DNA of 49,931 bases, taken from IMG/VR virus record IMGVR_UViG_3300048577_000498, positions 1 to 49,931 of that record; one strand, written 5' to 3'. The stretch's first letter is position 1, and each line of letters opens with the position of its first letter. The notes beneath the pieces are model-generated. The model was not told the origin of the DNA and did no database searches. It saw only the letters and a list, made by a program, of their open reading frames with translations. Positions 36,745-44,722 of the stretch are shown here, piece by piece. Source of the stretch: a virus. Lineage: Duplodnaviria > Caudoviricetes. A program made the translations under genes and the position numbers.

Positions 36745-37739
36745 GGGTGGCCCCGCGGGATGTCCACGCCCAGGCTGCGGATCAGGTTGCGGCTGTCGGC
36801 GAAGCGGGCGTGGCCGAACCAGCCGGCGAGGAAGCGGCCGAGCGCGGCGGTGTCGCCGGCGGTGGTGAGCGCAGCGATGCGCCGGCGTGCCTTGACGACG
36901 CTGTCGCGGCGCAGGAGCTTGTGGCTCGCCCAGATCCGGTAGCCGAGGAAATTGATGCCCCGCGAGGCCGGCGCTACCTGCCAGTGCGAGAAGCGCAGGC
37001 CGAGCTCGGTGCGGGAGAAGCGCTCGATTTCGTTTTTGAGGCGGCGCAGATGGGCGGCGTCATGGCCGAGCACCACCAGATCGTCCATGTAGCGGTACCA
37101 AAAATCTTCGCCGAGCGCCTGCTGCAGGTGGCGGTCAAGGGTGGCGCCGGTATAGAGATTGGCGAACAGTTGCGACGTCAGGCTGCCGATCGGCAGGCCG
37201 ATGCCGAGGCGCGGCACCATGGCCTCGATCAGGCGCAGCGTCGCCCGGCAGGAGATCTTGGCCTCGATCAGCCGCCACAGCCGCGGCCGCTCGATCGACG
37301 CGAAGTAGCCGGAAAAATCCGTCTTGAGGAACTGCACCGGGGCGCGCCGCGCCAGCCGGCGCAGATCGCTCTGCAGCGCGACGGCGCCGGCATGCGTGCC
37401 TTTGCCGGGCCTGCAGGCGAAGCTCCGCGGCAGCAGCGTGCGCTCGAAGATCGGCCCGATGACGAGGCAGAGCGCCTGCTGGGCGACGCGGTCGCGGAAC
37501 GGCATCGCCGAGATCAGCCGGCGCTTGGGATCGAACACGTAGAACTCGCTCGGCGTGCCGGGCACATAGGTACCGTCGGCCATCTCCTCGCCGAGACGCG
37601 CCAGGTTGAGGGCGTCGTATTCCTTGAAGGCGAGATAGCCGGCCGACAGGCGTTTGCCGCGGGCCGTGAGCCCATAGGCGCGCCGCATCGTCTCCATGTC
37701 GGTGATACGGCCGATCAGGTTGCGAAAATGCTTGGCCAT
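36741..37739 (-). CDS. brt: DGR reverse transcriptase (332 aa from MAKHFRNL)
   Basis: KRRLISA.PFRDRVAQ, GKGTH, LKTDFS.YF.SI, GLPIGSLTSQLFAN (DGR-type SQ), RYMDD, FLGYRI. Confidence 0.95.
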   Translation of the reverse strand: MAKHFRNLIGRITDMETMRRAYGLTARGKRLSAGYLAFKEYDALNLARLGEEMADGTYVPGTPSEFYVFDPKRRLISAMPFRDRVAQQALCLVIGPIFERTLLPRSFACRPGKGTHAGAVALQSDLRRLARRAPVQFLKTDFSGYFASIERPRLWRLIEAKISCRATLRLIEAMVPRLGIGLPIGSLTSQLFANLYTGATLDRHLQQALGEDFWYRYMDDLVVLGHDAAHLRRLKNEIERFSRTELGLRFSHWQVAPASRGINFLGYRIWASHKLLRRDSVVKARRRIAALTTAGDTAALGRFLAGWFGHARFADSRNLIRSLGVDIPRGHP

Positions 37740-38090
37740 CGAAGGGCCCCGCCAATGTGCTGTGAAGATGCCGGCCGCGGGTCTCGAAGAGCACCGCTCC
37801 CTACGCCCCGCTCTGCCGGACCGCGCAATGTGTTCGCCGAAGCGGGACCGGCGGGCTGACCACCTGGTGCGGACGATGCCGCATGTGGCCGGCCGGCGGG
37901 GCCGTGGCCGCCGCCGAGCCGAAGGCGCGCCCACGGGGCCGCGCGCCTTGAAAGGATGGTCACCGCGGCCGCGGGCGCCGATGTCGTCGTTCGAGTTGTC
38001 CGGCCAGTGGTAGCCGACGTTCGCGCGCCGCGACCCGGCGTCGTCGTCGTTCCACCAGCTGCCGCCGAAGATCGACGCCTGCGGCTTCAT
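37740..38090 (-). ncRNA. DGR RNA (TR plus structured 3' spacer)
   Basis: TR followed by a 217-nt spacer with hairpin AAGGCGCGC/GCGCGCCTT (37922-37949); boundaries approximate. Confidence 0.65.
37957..38084 (-). repeat. DGR template repeat (TR)
   Basis: 128 nt, 121 identical to 38565-38692; every mismatch is an A in TR on the minus strand. Confidence 0.96.
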
Positions 38091-38512
38091 TGCCCCGCCT
38101 GCCCTTCCGTCCGCCCGCGGGCGGACGAACCGTGCCGGGCCGCGTCACCGCGGCCGAGCTTCTTGAGCCAGGCGCCGAGCATCCGGCCCGGCTCCGAGAG
38201 GAGTGCCAGCGCGGTGGCGTGCTGGCGCGGGGTGAGGATGCGGATGGTGTCCGCCGCCATGAAGCGCATCAGTGCGCGGAGCGTCGCGAACTCGGCGTCG
38301 ACAGCATGGAGCCGCGACACCTGGCGCGAGCGCGCCGCGTGGTAGAGGCCGCCGATCGGCAGGAACAGCGCCGCCAGCACGGTGTCGCGCAGGACGCTGT
38401 GCTGGCGCGGTGCCGTCCGGACGATCGGGTAGAGGTAGCGCACGAAGGCCTCGTATTTCTCGACGATCGCCAGTGCTTCGACGGATTGCGCCTGGTCGTT
38501 GACGATCGTCAT
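38087..38512 (-). CDS. avd: DGR accessory variability determinant
   Basis: IVEKYE....YLYP....PR.H...RD, L...DAE.A.LR..., E.GRMLGAW four-helix pattern; lies between target and TR. Confidence 0.92.
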   Translation of the reverse strand: MTIVNDQAQSVEALAIVEKYEAFVRYLYPIVRTAPRQHSVLRDTVLAALFLPIGGLYHAARSRQVSRLHAVDAEFATLRALMRFMAADTIRILTPRQHATALALLSEPGRMLGAWLKKLGRGDAARHGSSARGRTEGQAGQ

Positions 38513-38529
38513 TCCGCCGTCCTCACACG

Positions 38530-38549
38530 GCCGCCGCTGTCGCGGCGGC
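38530..38549 (-). other. DGR target-recognition hairpin/cruciform
   Basis: GCCGCCGC-GACA-GCGGCGGC: 8-bp GC stem with a GRNA loop, starting at the target stop codon. Confidence 0.85.
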
Positions 38550-39463
38550 TAGCCAAGCTGCAGGTGGTCACCGCGGCCGCGGGCGCCGAAGTCGACGTCC
38601 GAGCTGTCCGGCCAGGGGTAGCCGACGATCGCGCGCCGCGACCCGGCGTCGTCGTCGTTCCACCAGCTGCCGCCGAAGATCGACGCCCGCGGGATGTCGG
38701 GATCGCCGTCGTGCCCCCAGACCCACAGATTGCCGGTCGCCTGCATGATGCCGCTCGCCGAGGTACGCGGCGCGTCGAGGCCGGTGCGCTCGGGATCGCC
38801 ATCGGCGCTGGTGCACTCGGTGACCCCGTAGGCGGCGGCGACGAACTCGTCATAGGACAGCAGCGCCTTGCCGTGGTGGGCCATCACAACACAGGCGGCC
38901 GCATAGTCGAAGCGCCTGAAGCGGCCACCGGCTGGATCCTGCGGCTCGCTGTCGCCGTCGGCGATCTCGGCGCCGTAGACGCTGGTGCCGGCATCCATGT
39001 GGTCGACGCCGGTCAGATAGATGTCGCACCAGAACAGACCGTCACGGCCGGCGATCAGTACCATGCCGCGCGGGTCCGGACATGCGGGCCGGAAATTCAT
39101 GTCCCAGATCGAATAGGGATTGATCTCCGGCGTCACCCCGCCGCCGGCGCGGCCGATGGCGTTGCCGCCGGGCGCGTAATGGAAGCCGCCGAGGATCTCC
39201 TCGCCATAGGGCGGGCGGCCGAGTCTCACGATCTCGATCGCGTCGGCGGTGACTGCGACGCCGTAGTCGGCGCCGGGCTCGAACTGCGGCCCGTTGAGTT
39301 GGCGGGACGGCGCCGGCACCGGGGTGAGCTCGGAAAACTCACGGCCGCGGAAGACGACGCCGGCCGCGATGGCGATCGATGCCGGGCCGGTGACGACCAG
39401 CGCCGGGATATCGACATTGAGCTTGCGCAGGGCCGTGGCCGGCGGGCTGACATGCTGGTTCAT
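38549..39463 (-). CDS. DGR target: Mtd-like C-type-lectin/FGE-fold protein
   Basis: GGFHYAPG, INPYSIWD..FRP...DPRGM, FWCDIYL, QATGNLWVWG, FGGSW, GSR, GARG..DHL motifs match my recollection of BPP-1 Mtd; VR at the 3' end. Confidence 0.9.
   Translation of the reverse strand: MNQHVSPPATALRKLNVDIPALVVTGPASIAIAAGVVFRGREFSELTPVPAPSRQLNGPQFEPGADYGVAVTADAIEIVRLGRPPYGEEILGGFHYAPGGNAIGRAGGGVTPEINPYSIWDMNFRPACPDPRGMVLIAGRDGLFWCDIYLTGVDHMDAGTSVYGAEIADGDSEPQDPAGGRFRRFDYAAACVVMAHHGKALLSYDEFVAAAYGVTECTSADGDPERTGLDAPRTSASGIMQATGNLWVWGHDGDPDIPRASIFGGSWWNDDDAGSRRAIVGYPWPDSSDVDFGARGRGDHLQLG
38565..38692 (-). repeat. DGR variable repeat (VR) with G/C tract and start of IMH
   Basis: TR copy at the 3' end of the target; substitutions at 38590, 38595, 38599, 38604, 38616, 38628, 38688. 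Confidence 0.96.
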
Positions 39464-39466
39464 GCT

Positions 39467-39988
39467 TCAGGCTCCAGGTTGTGCCGGCGGCGCCGGCGGG
39501 GTGGACGAGGTGAGGTCGACAGACAGGGCGTCGGCGAGGACACGCGCGCAGAAGCGGCAGATGCGATCGGCGGCGACGTCGCGCACGCCGTCCCACTGCG
39601 CCGGATAGTCGGGCCCCTCGCCACGCCTGCCGGAATGAAAGCTGACCTGCCCGGTGGGCAGATCGACATAGAGAACGAAGCAGTGCACCGGTTGCGCCGC
39701 GTCGACGCCCCAGCCCCATGGCAAGCCGAGCACGCCGTTGTATTGCGCCAGCGCGGCGCAAAGATTGTCGAGCGCCCAGCCCTTGCGGTCATAGGCAGCA
39801 CCGCGGTAGCCGCGGCCGCGATACACCTTGGCGCGCTCGCTCGCCTTGCAAGCGCGGAACAGGTTGACTGCGATGGCGCCGATCGGCCCGCAATGCTCCA
39901 GCCGCGCGTACAGCGCCTTGGTGGCGTCGCCGTCCGAGCCGGTGTAGACGGCAATGACGTCAGGCAGGAAATCGCCGGGGCCCGTCAC
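39467..39988 (-). CDS. hypothetical phage protein
   Basis: GTG start overlapping the upstream stop; LYVDLPTGQVSFH...WDG motif. Confidence 0.65.
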   Translation of the reverse strand: MTGPGDFLPDVIAVYTGSDGDATKALYARLEHCGPIGAIAVNLFRACKASERAKVYRGRGYRGAAYDRKGWALDNLCAALAQYNGVLGLPWGWGVDAAQPVHCFVLYVDLPTGQVSFHSGRRGEGPDYPAQWDGVRDVAADRICRFCARVLADALSVDLTSSTPPAPPAQPGA

Positions 39989-40548
39989 AAATCGCCTCCC
40001 CTCGTCCGCCTGCGGCCGCGCTCGCGTCTCTCGCCGGCGGCGATGCCGAGCGCGCAGCCGCGCACGATATCTCGCCCGCGATCGTCCACATCGGGCTTCC
40101 ACCATTCCCAGGACCACGGCCAGAGGCTGCGGATCACGGGATTGCTTTCAGGGTCGCGCAGTGCCTGTCGATCGCCGCGATCGACGACGGAGGCGGCGTA
40201 GAGGTAGGCGGCGGCAGCGGCTTCGAGCTCGCCGGTGGTGTGGCTGTCGTCGTGCTCCTCGGACCAGCCTTCCTCATCGATCTGGCGGGCGCGCTCGGCG
40301 AGCGCCTTCCAGGCGAAGGGCGAGATGCGGATGTGCACGCGCAGCCGCTCCATCAGCCGCCGCCAGGCGAAGCTGCGCAGGAGCGACACCACGGTCATGA
40401 ACAGCGCGAATTCGAGGTTGTCCGAATGGCTCATCGGCAACCCCTTCCACCACACCAGGAAACCGAACTGGCAAGCGAGCGAGATAACGAAGCCGCTCGC
40501 GGTGTTGCCGCAGCTCTCCAGGAAGGATGCAAGCCGGGACTGGTTCAC
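39985..40548 (-). CDS. two-domain hypothetical protein (2-TM N-terminus plus ER.RQ..EGW..EHDD...WPW domain)
   Basis: Hydrophobic N-terminal part and Trp-rich C-terminal part. Confidence 0.65.
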   Translation of the reverse strand: MNQSRLASFLESCGNTASGFVISLACQFGFLVWWKGLPMSHSDNLEFALFMTVVSLLRSFAWRRLMERLRVHIRISPFAWKALAERARQIDEEGWSEEHDDSHTTGELEAAAAAYLYAASVVDRGDRQALRDPESNPVIRSLWPWSWEWWKPDVDDRGRDIVRGCALGIAAGERRERGRRRTRGGDL

Positions 40549-40715
40549 GCCGCCCTCTCCTCTTCTTGGGCCGCCGGCCTCTGTAGGAACAGCCGGCCGC
40601 CGATCGGCTGCTCGTCCGGAACTAGCCGCCAGCCGCAGGCGAGGTGCGGCTGGACTTCGTCGATCGGCACCATGGCGCCGGCGATGCGATTGTCGTGATC
40701 ACGCGGCGTCGTCAT
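40545..40715 (-). CDS. small hypothetical protein
   Basis: 56 aa ORF overlapping both neighbours. Confidence 0.4.
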   Translation of the reverse strand: MTTPRDHDNRIAGAMVPIDEVQPHLACGWRLVPDEQPIGGRLFLQRPAAQEEERAA

Positions 40716-43482
40716 GGCGGCCCTCGCCGGTGTCGCGTGTGTCTTCGTCATTGTCGGCGGGCGGCGGGTCGCGATGCCGGCGCAGGCCTTCCGGCAGAAC
40801 CGGGAAGTCGTCGTCGACGGACGGCGGTGCCGTCCGTGCGTAGCCGATGATCTTCGGGCCTTCCGACGCCGTCTCGCCCAGCGCCGCACGCCAGTGGTCG
40901 ACGATCGCCGCGTCCATGGCGGCGGCGCGGGCGAGGTCGGGATCAGGCCCGGCGGCGACGCGATGCTCGAAGGCGCCACAGGCACAGGTGGCGACCAGCT
41001 CGCTGGCGCCGTTGTCGCGAGTCCTGCGGATCAGGTGGCCGGCGGCGACGGCGCGATCGGCCAAGGCCTCGCCCTCTCCCGGAGCGAGGTTCGCGAGGCG
41101 CTCGACCGCCAGGGCCTGCTCGCGGGCGAGTTCCTCGCGGTGGGCGCCGGCGCGATCGTAGTCTGCGATGGCCTCCTCGATATCGACCTGGGCTGGCTTG
41201 CGGCCGCGCTTCTTGCGGGAGGTGGGAGGTGCGATCGACGGTTGATCCCGCTCGACCACGATCGGAGATGGGAATCCATGCAGCCCGCGCCCGGCCCAGG
41301 CCGAATACGCCTCATCCCAGGACGCCGGCATGCGATAGATGCTGTCACTCTCGCCGCCAGCCGCCGGCCACGCCATTGCCTCATCGAGATCCGATCGCGC
41401 CTGGTCGTCAACGGTGACGCAAAACGCTGGTCCATCGGCGCCGAGGCGACCGTAACCGTTGATGTAGCTCATCGGGGACTCGACGGCGGAGTGAAGTTCG
41501 ATTTGCATTTCTTCGTCGTGAGTGACGATTGCGCTCGTATCTCCGATCGCGACTTCAAACATGCCGCGCTGCCCCCACATCGGCACTTGGCCTATGGGGG
41601 CAGCGGTCTCTCGGCGCAGGCGCTCGGCCGGCGACTCCTCGGTTGACATCCCGAAATTCGTGCCGCCGTTCGCCTTGACCTGCAGACGTTCCAGCCGCTT
41701 AGTCTCGCGGGCGACGATCTCCTCGCGCTTGCCGGAGATCGCCGTGCCCTCGATATGCTGGAATTCCGGGCCAAGGATCGCGTCGTGCCGGCGCTGTAGC
41801 GTCACCCGATAGTCGGCGATCATCCCGTCGATGTCGTCAGGCAGGCCGGCGAGGATCCTAGCCTCGAGTTTTTTCTCGCGCAGAACGGCCAGACGCTTCG
41901 CACCGGCCTTGGTGAGGGTCGCGCGGTCGCCCGCCCCCTTGACGAGCTTTTGTTCGCGCAGTTCCTCGCGCTCGTCGATGGTCAGGCCGGCAGCCCGGCC
42001 GTCCGCGATCATTTCGAGCCGATCGAGGTCTGTGCGGACAGCGGGCGTTTCGACCGGCGCCGCCGCGTGCTTGTCCACCTGGTCGCCGTGGCCGTCCCAC
42101 AGCTCGCCCTCCCCGCCGGTCGAGAAGATCGACGCGTAGCGCGGCGCCGGGAAAGTGCGCTCCCACAGCCGATAGAATTCGTCGGGCTTCTGGGAATTGT
42201 CCCGGCGCTGGGCATTGAGCAGGGTCGACGGCGGGTCCTGGCCGAGCACGTTGGTGACCGGCTTGCCGCGCAGCAGGACGATGCAGTGCTCGGTCTTGTC
42301 GCGCAGCACCTGGCCGCGACCAAGTCTGTCCTTGGCCCAGGTCAGCATGGTCGAGGCGCGCCAGTCCGGCCCCAGGGCGGCGATCAGGCGATGGGCGGCG
42401 CCGTTGACCAGGTGATGGTTCGTGACCCAGAAGCCGAGCGAAGCGTCGGGGCCGAACAGCGGCGCCACCTGTTCGCGCATGAAGGCCTCTCCCTCCTCGA
42501 TCGCCATGGCGGGATAGGGACGCAGCGACCGCCCGCGCTCGTCGATCGAGGCTTGGTCGTCGTCGCTCTCGTGCGGCCACGGATAGTCCATCGAGCCAGA
42601 GACGTAAGGGCCGTTGCCCGGCAGCGGCGGCGGCGCCGCGCGCAGGCGGTCGGTCGCCTCCATGATCTTGAGCCGTTTGTGGGCGCCGTCGACCTTGCCG
42701 GTCCGGTTCATGTCATCGGCGAGTTTTCCGAACCGCTCCGGATCGCGTTCGGCTGCCTCGGCGACCGCTTCAGCCTTCTGCAGCGTGCGGCCGGAGATGC
42801 CGCCGATCTCGCCGACTTTGTCGGCGGTGCGACCCTTGCCGGCGACGTCGCCGGACTTCTTGCGCCCCGGCGCCGTCAGGCCGTGGCCTTTGCGCCCGTG
42901 CGCCTCGCCGGCGAGCTTGGCCTCGATCGCCCGCTTGATGGCGACCAGTTCGAGCGGCTTGAAGGGCTCGCGCTGCTCGTTCGCGTCATACTCGCCGGCG
43001 ATGATCGAATCGATGTCGACGATCGAAACCGGGATCGGCGCCTTGCCGTAGTCGCCGACCTTGGACTTTGCCCAGGCGAGCATGCGGCGCTCGCCGTCCA
43101 CCAGCGTGCCGTCGGGCGTGATGACGATCGGTTCGAGCAGCGCGCCGCGGGCATCGATCGACGCCGCGAGCGCGGCGATGTCGCCCTTGTCCTGGCGGAA
43201 GCGGTTGGCGACCTTGATGTCGGAAAGATAGCGCCGCGGGCTTTCCGTCTGCGTCAACACCGGCTGCCATACGGCTTTTCCCGCCGGCCCGGCGAGCGGC
43301 GCCAGGGCGTCGGCGAGCGACACCGGCTTTGCGGCCTTCGGTTTCGCGGGTGGCGCCTTCACGGCCGCCTTCGCGGCCTTGCGGGCCTTCGGCATCTTCG
43401 CCGCCGGCGCGCGCTTCGGCGCCTTGGCGGCCTTGCCGGGCTTCGCCTTCGTCTTCGCCGTCTTCGTCGTCTTCGCCATCAC
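40699..43482 (-). CDS. ParB-like / MT-A70 methyltransferase multidomain protein
   Basis: LLEPIVI...LVDGERR (ParB-N), DYPW, FWVTN, TWAK...G.G..LR..TEH, SQKPDEFY (MT-A70). Confidence 0.82.
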   Translation of the reverse strand: MMAKTTKTAKTKAKPGKAAKAPKRAPAAKMPKARKAAKAAVKAPPAKPKAAKPVSLADALAPLAGPAGKAVWQPVLTQTESPRRYLSDIKVANRFRQDKGDIAALAASIDARGALLEPIVITPDGTLVDGERRMLAWAKSKVGDYGKAPIPVSIVDIDSIIAGEYDANEQREPFKPLELVAIKRAIEAKLAGEAHGRKGHGLTAPGRKKSGDVAGKGRTADKVGEIGGISGRTLQKAEAVAEAAERDPERFGKLADDMNRTGKVDGAHKRLKIMEATDRLRAAPPPLPGNGPYVSGSMDYPWPHESDDDQASIDERGRSLRPYPAMAIEEGEAFMREQVAPLFGPDASLGFWVTNHHLVNGAAHRLIAALGPDWRASTMLTWAKDRLGRGQVLRDKTEHCIVLLRGKPVTNVLGQDPPSTLLNAQRRDNSQKPDEFYRLWERTFPAPRYASIFSTGGEGELWDGHGDQVDKHAAAPVETPAVRTDLDRLEMIADGRAAGLTIDEREELREQKLVKGAGDRATLTKAGAKRLAVLREKKLEARILAGLPDDIDGMIADYRVTLQRRHDAILGPEFQHIEGTAISGKREEIVARETKRLERLQVKANGGTNFGMSTEESPAERLRRETAAPIGQVPMWGQRGMFEVAIGDTSAIVTHDEEMQIELHSAVESPMSYINGYGRLGADGPAFCVTVDDQARSDLDEAMAWPAAGGESDSIYRMPASWDEAYSAWAGRGLHGFPSPIVVERDQPSIAPPTSRKKRGRKPAQVDIEEAIADYDRAGAHREELAREQALAVERLANLAPGEGEALADRAVAAGHLIRRTRDNGASELVATCACGAFEHRVAAGPDPDLARAAAMDAAIVDHWRAALGETASEGPKIIGYARTAPPSVDDDFPVLPEGLRRHRDPPPADNDEDTRDTGEGRHDDAA

Positions 43483-43492
43483 CCCCTCCTCG

Positions 43493-44722
43493 TCACTCTT
43501 GGATCTGCAGGGCGATGCCGACGCCCTTGATGACGCGGGCGCGCAGGCCGATCGCCGGCAGTTTGTGCGCCAGTACGTCTACGAATTCGGCCAGCAGCTC
43601 GTCGGCATCCGCCGGAATCCGGTTCGCCCATAGCTGCTGCTTGAGAAAGCCGTGGCCGATCGGCAGCGGCATGCCGCGCGCAAGCAGGCCGGCGAGGCGC
43701 GCCGGCATGTTGCCGACCACGACGTCGCGCGCCTGATAGGTCACCGTGTCGCGATCGAAGCGGACGGTGACGCCCTTCACCATCACAGGATCGGGGACAC
43801 GGCCGTCGACCTTGCGGGCCGGCGCCGCTTGGCGGGCTGGCGCTGCCTGGCGCCGGCCCGATACTGTCACGGAAGGCTTGGCTTTCACCGGCGACCCGGC
43901 GGTGGCGCCTTCCAGGGCGACCGCCAGCGCGGCGCGGAATGCAGTCGCGAAGGCGGCGGCCATGGACAGGCCGTGCGCCTGGGCGACCGCGCCGGCGGCG
44001 CCGACCAGCATGCCGGCGACATCCATCGCCTCGACAGCCGCATTGAGGGTCTCGCCGCGCCAGTCGGGATGTTGCGCGAGAACGTCGGTCGCGCCCATGA
44101 TGGTCGGCGCCTTGAGCTGCCCCACATGCGGGCGCAACGCCGTGAGCGCCGCCGCGAGCGCATCTTCGCCGAAGCGATCGAGGGCGCGGTGGAGCGTCTG
44201 CACCGCCATCGTCTCACCGGCGCGGATCTCGTTCCACGGTTTGGGATAGCGCAGGACCGTCACGCCGGCGCCCGCGCAGAGCTCGGTCAGCCTGCAGGCC
44301 TTGGCGTCGCCCGCCACGACAGCGGCGTGGTGAATCTGCATCGGCGAGAGCTTGGTGACGGTGCCGTTGATCGCCATGAAGGCGGCGGCCTGGTCGGCGC
44401 GAACGGCGTCGATCACCGCGCAAGGCACCTTGTCGACCTTGCACAGCGCCGCGGCGGTGATGCGATGCTGGCCATCCACGATCGCGAACGTATTGCTGCC
44501 AGCCGGCGCCACGATCGCGATATTGAACTTCGACCAGTCGAAGCCGGCGGCGATGCGGCGGACGTTGAGGCGTCCCTGCCTGGTGACCTCGCGCTGATAG
44601 GCCGGATCGATGCGCAGGTCCGCGATCGCGATCCAGCGCAGGTCCGGCGGACGGCCGAAGCTCGCGGGCGGATCGAGCGGCGCGTAGCCGGCGACATCGA
44701 TACGCTTGAGCTGCGCCGTCAT
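43493..44722 (-). CDS. ParB-like N-terminal domain protein with probable C-terminal winged HTH
   Basis: IDPAYQR, IVDGQHR, A.AF..IN; C-terminal LW...V.VL..KL...VIKGVG. Confidence 0.75.
   Translation of the reverse strand: MTAQLKRIDVAGYAPLDPPASFGRPPDLRWIAIADLRIDPAYQREVTRQGRLNVRRIAAGFDWSKFNIAIVAPAGSNTFAIVDGQHRITAAALCKVDKVPCAVIDAVRADQAAAFMAINGTVTKLSPMQIHHAAVVAGDAKACRLTELCAGAGVTVLRYPKPWNEIRAGETMAVQTLHRALDRFGEDALAAALTALRPHVGQLKAPTIMGATDVLAQHPDWRGETLNAAVEAMDVAGMLVGAAGAVAQAHGLSMAAAFATAFRAALAVALEGATAGSPVKAKPSVTVSGRRQAAPARQAAPARKVDGRVPDPVMVKGVTVRFDRDTVTYQARDVVVGNMPARLAGLLARGMPLPIGHGFLKQQLWANRIPADADELLAEFVDVLAHKLPAIGLRARVIKGVGIALQIQE

Larger units (their letters stand above)
36741..39463 (-). mobile_element. 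Diversity-generating retroelement (target/VR - hairpin - avd - TR - spacer - RT)
   Basis: RT, Avd, TR/VR pair with adenine-only mismatches and downstream hairpin are all present. Confidence 0.97.

Noticed and set aside
36741-38090. RT as a group II intron maturase, retron or Abi RT
   Set aside because: It is short, has the SQ motif rather than QG..SP, and is flanked by avd and a TR/VR pair, which is diagnostic of a DGR.
38090-40201. 703-aa plus-strand ORF across avd and the DGR target
   Set aside because: Antisense to recognisable genes, Arg/Ala-rich, non-ATG start and no domain signature.
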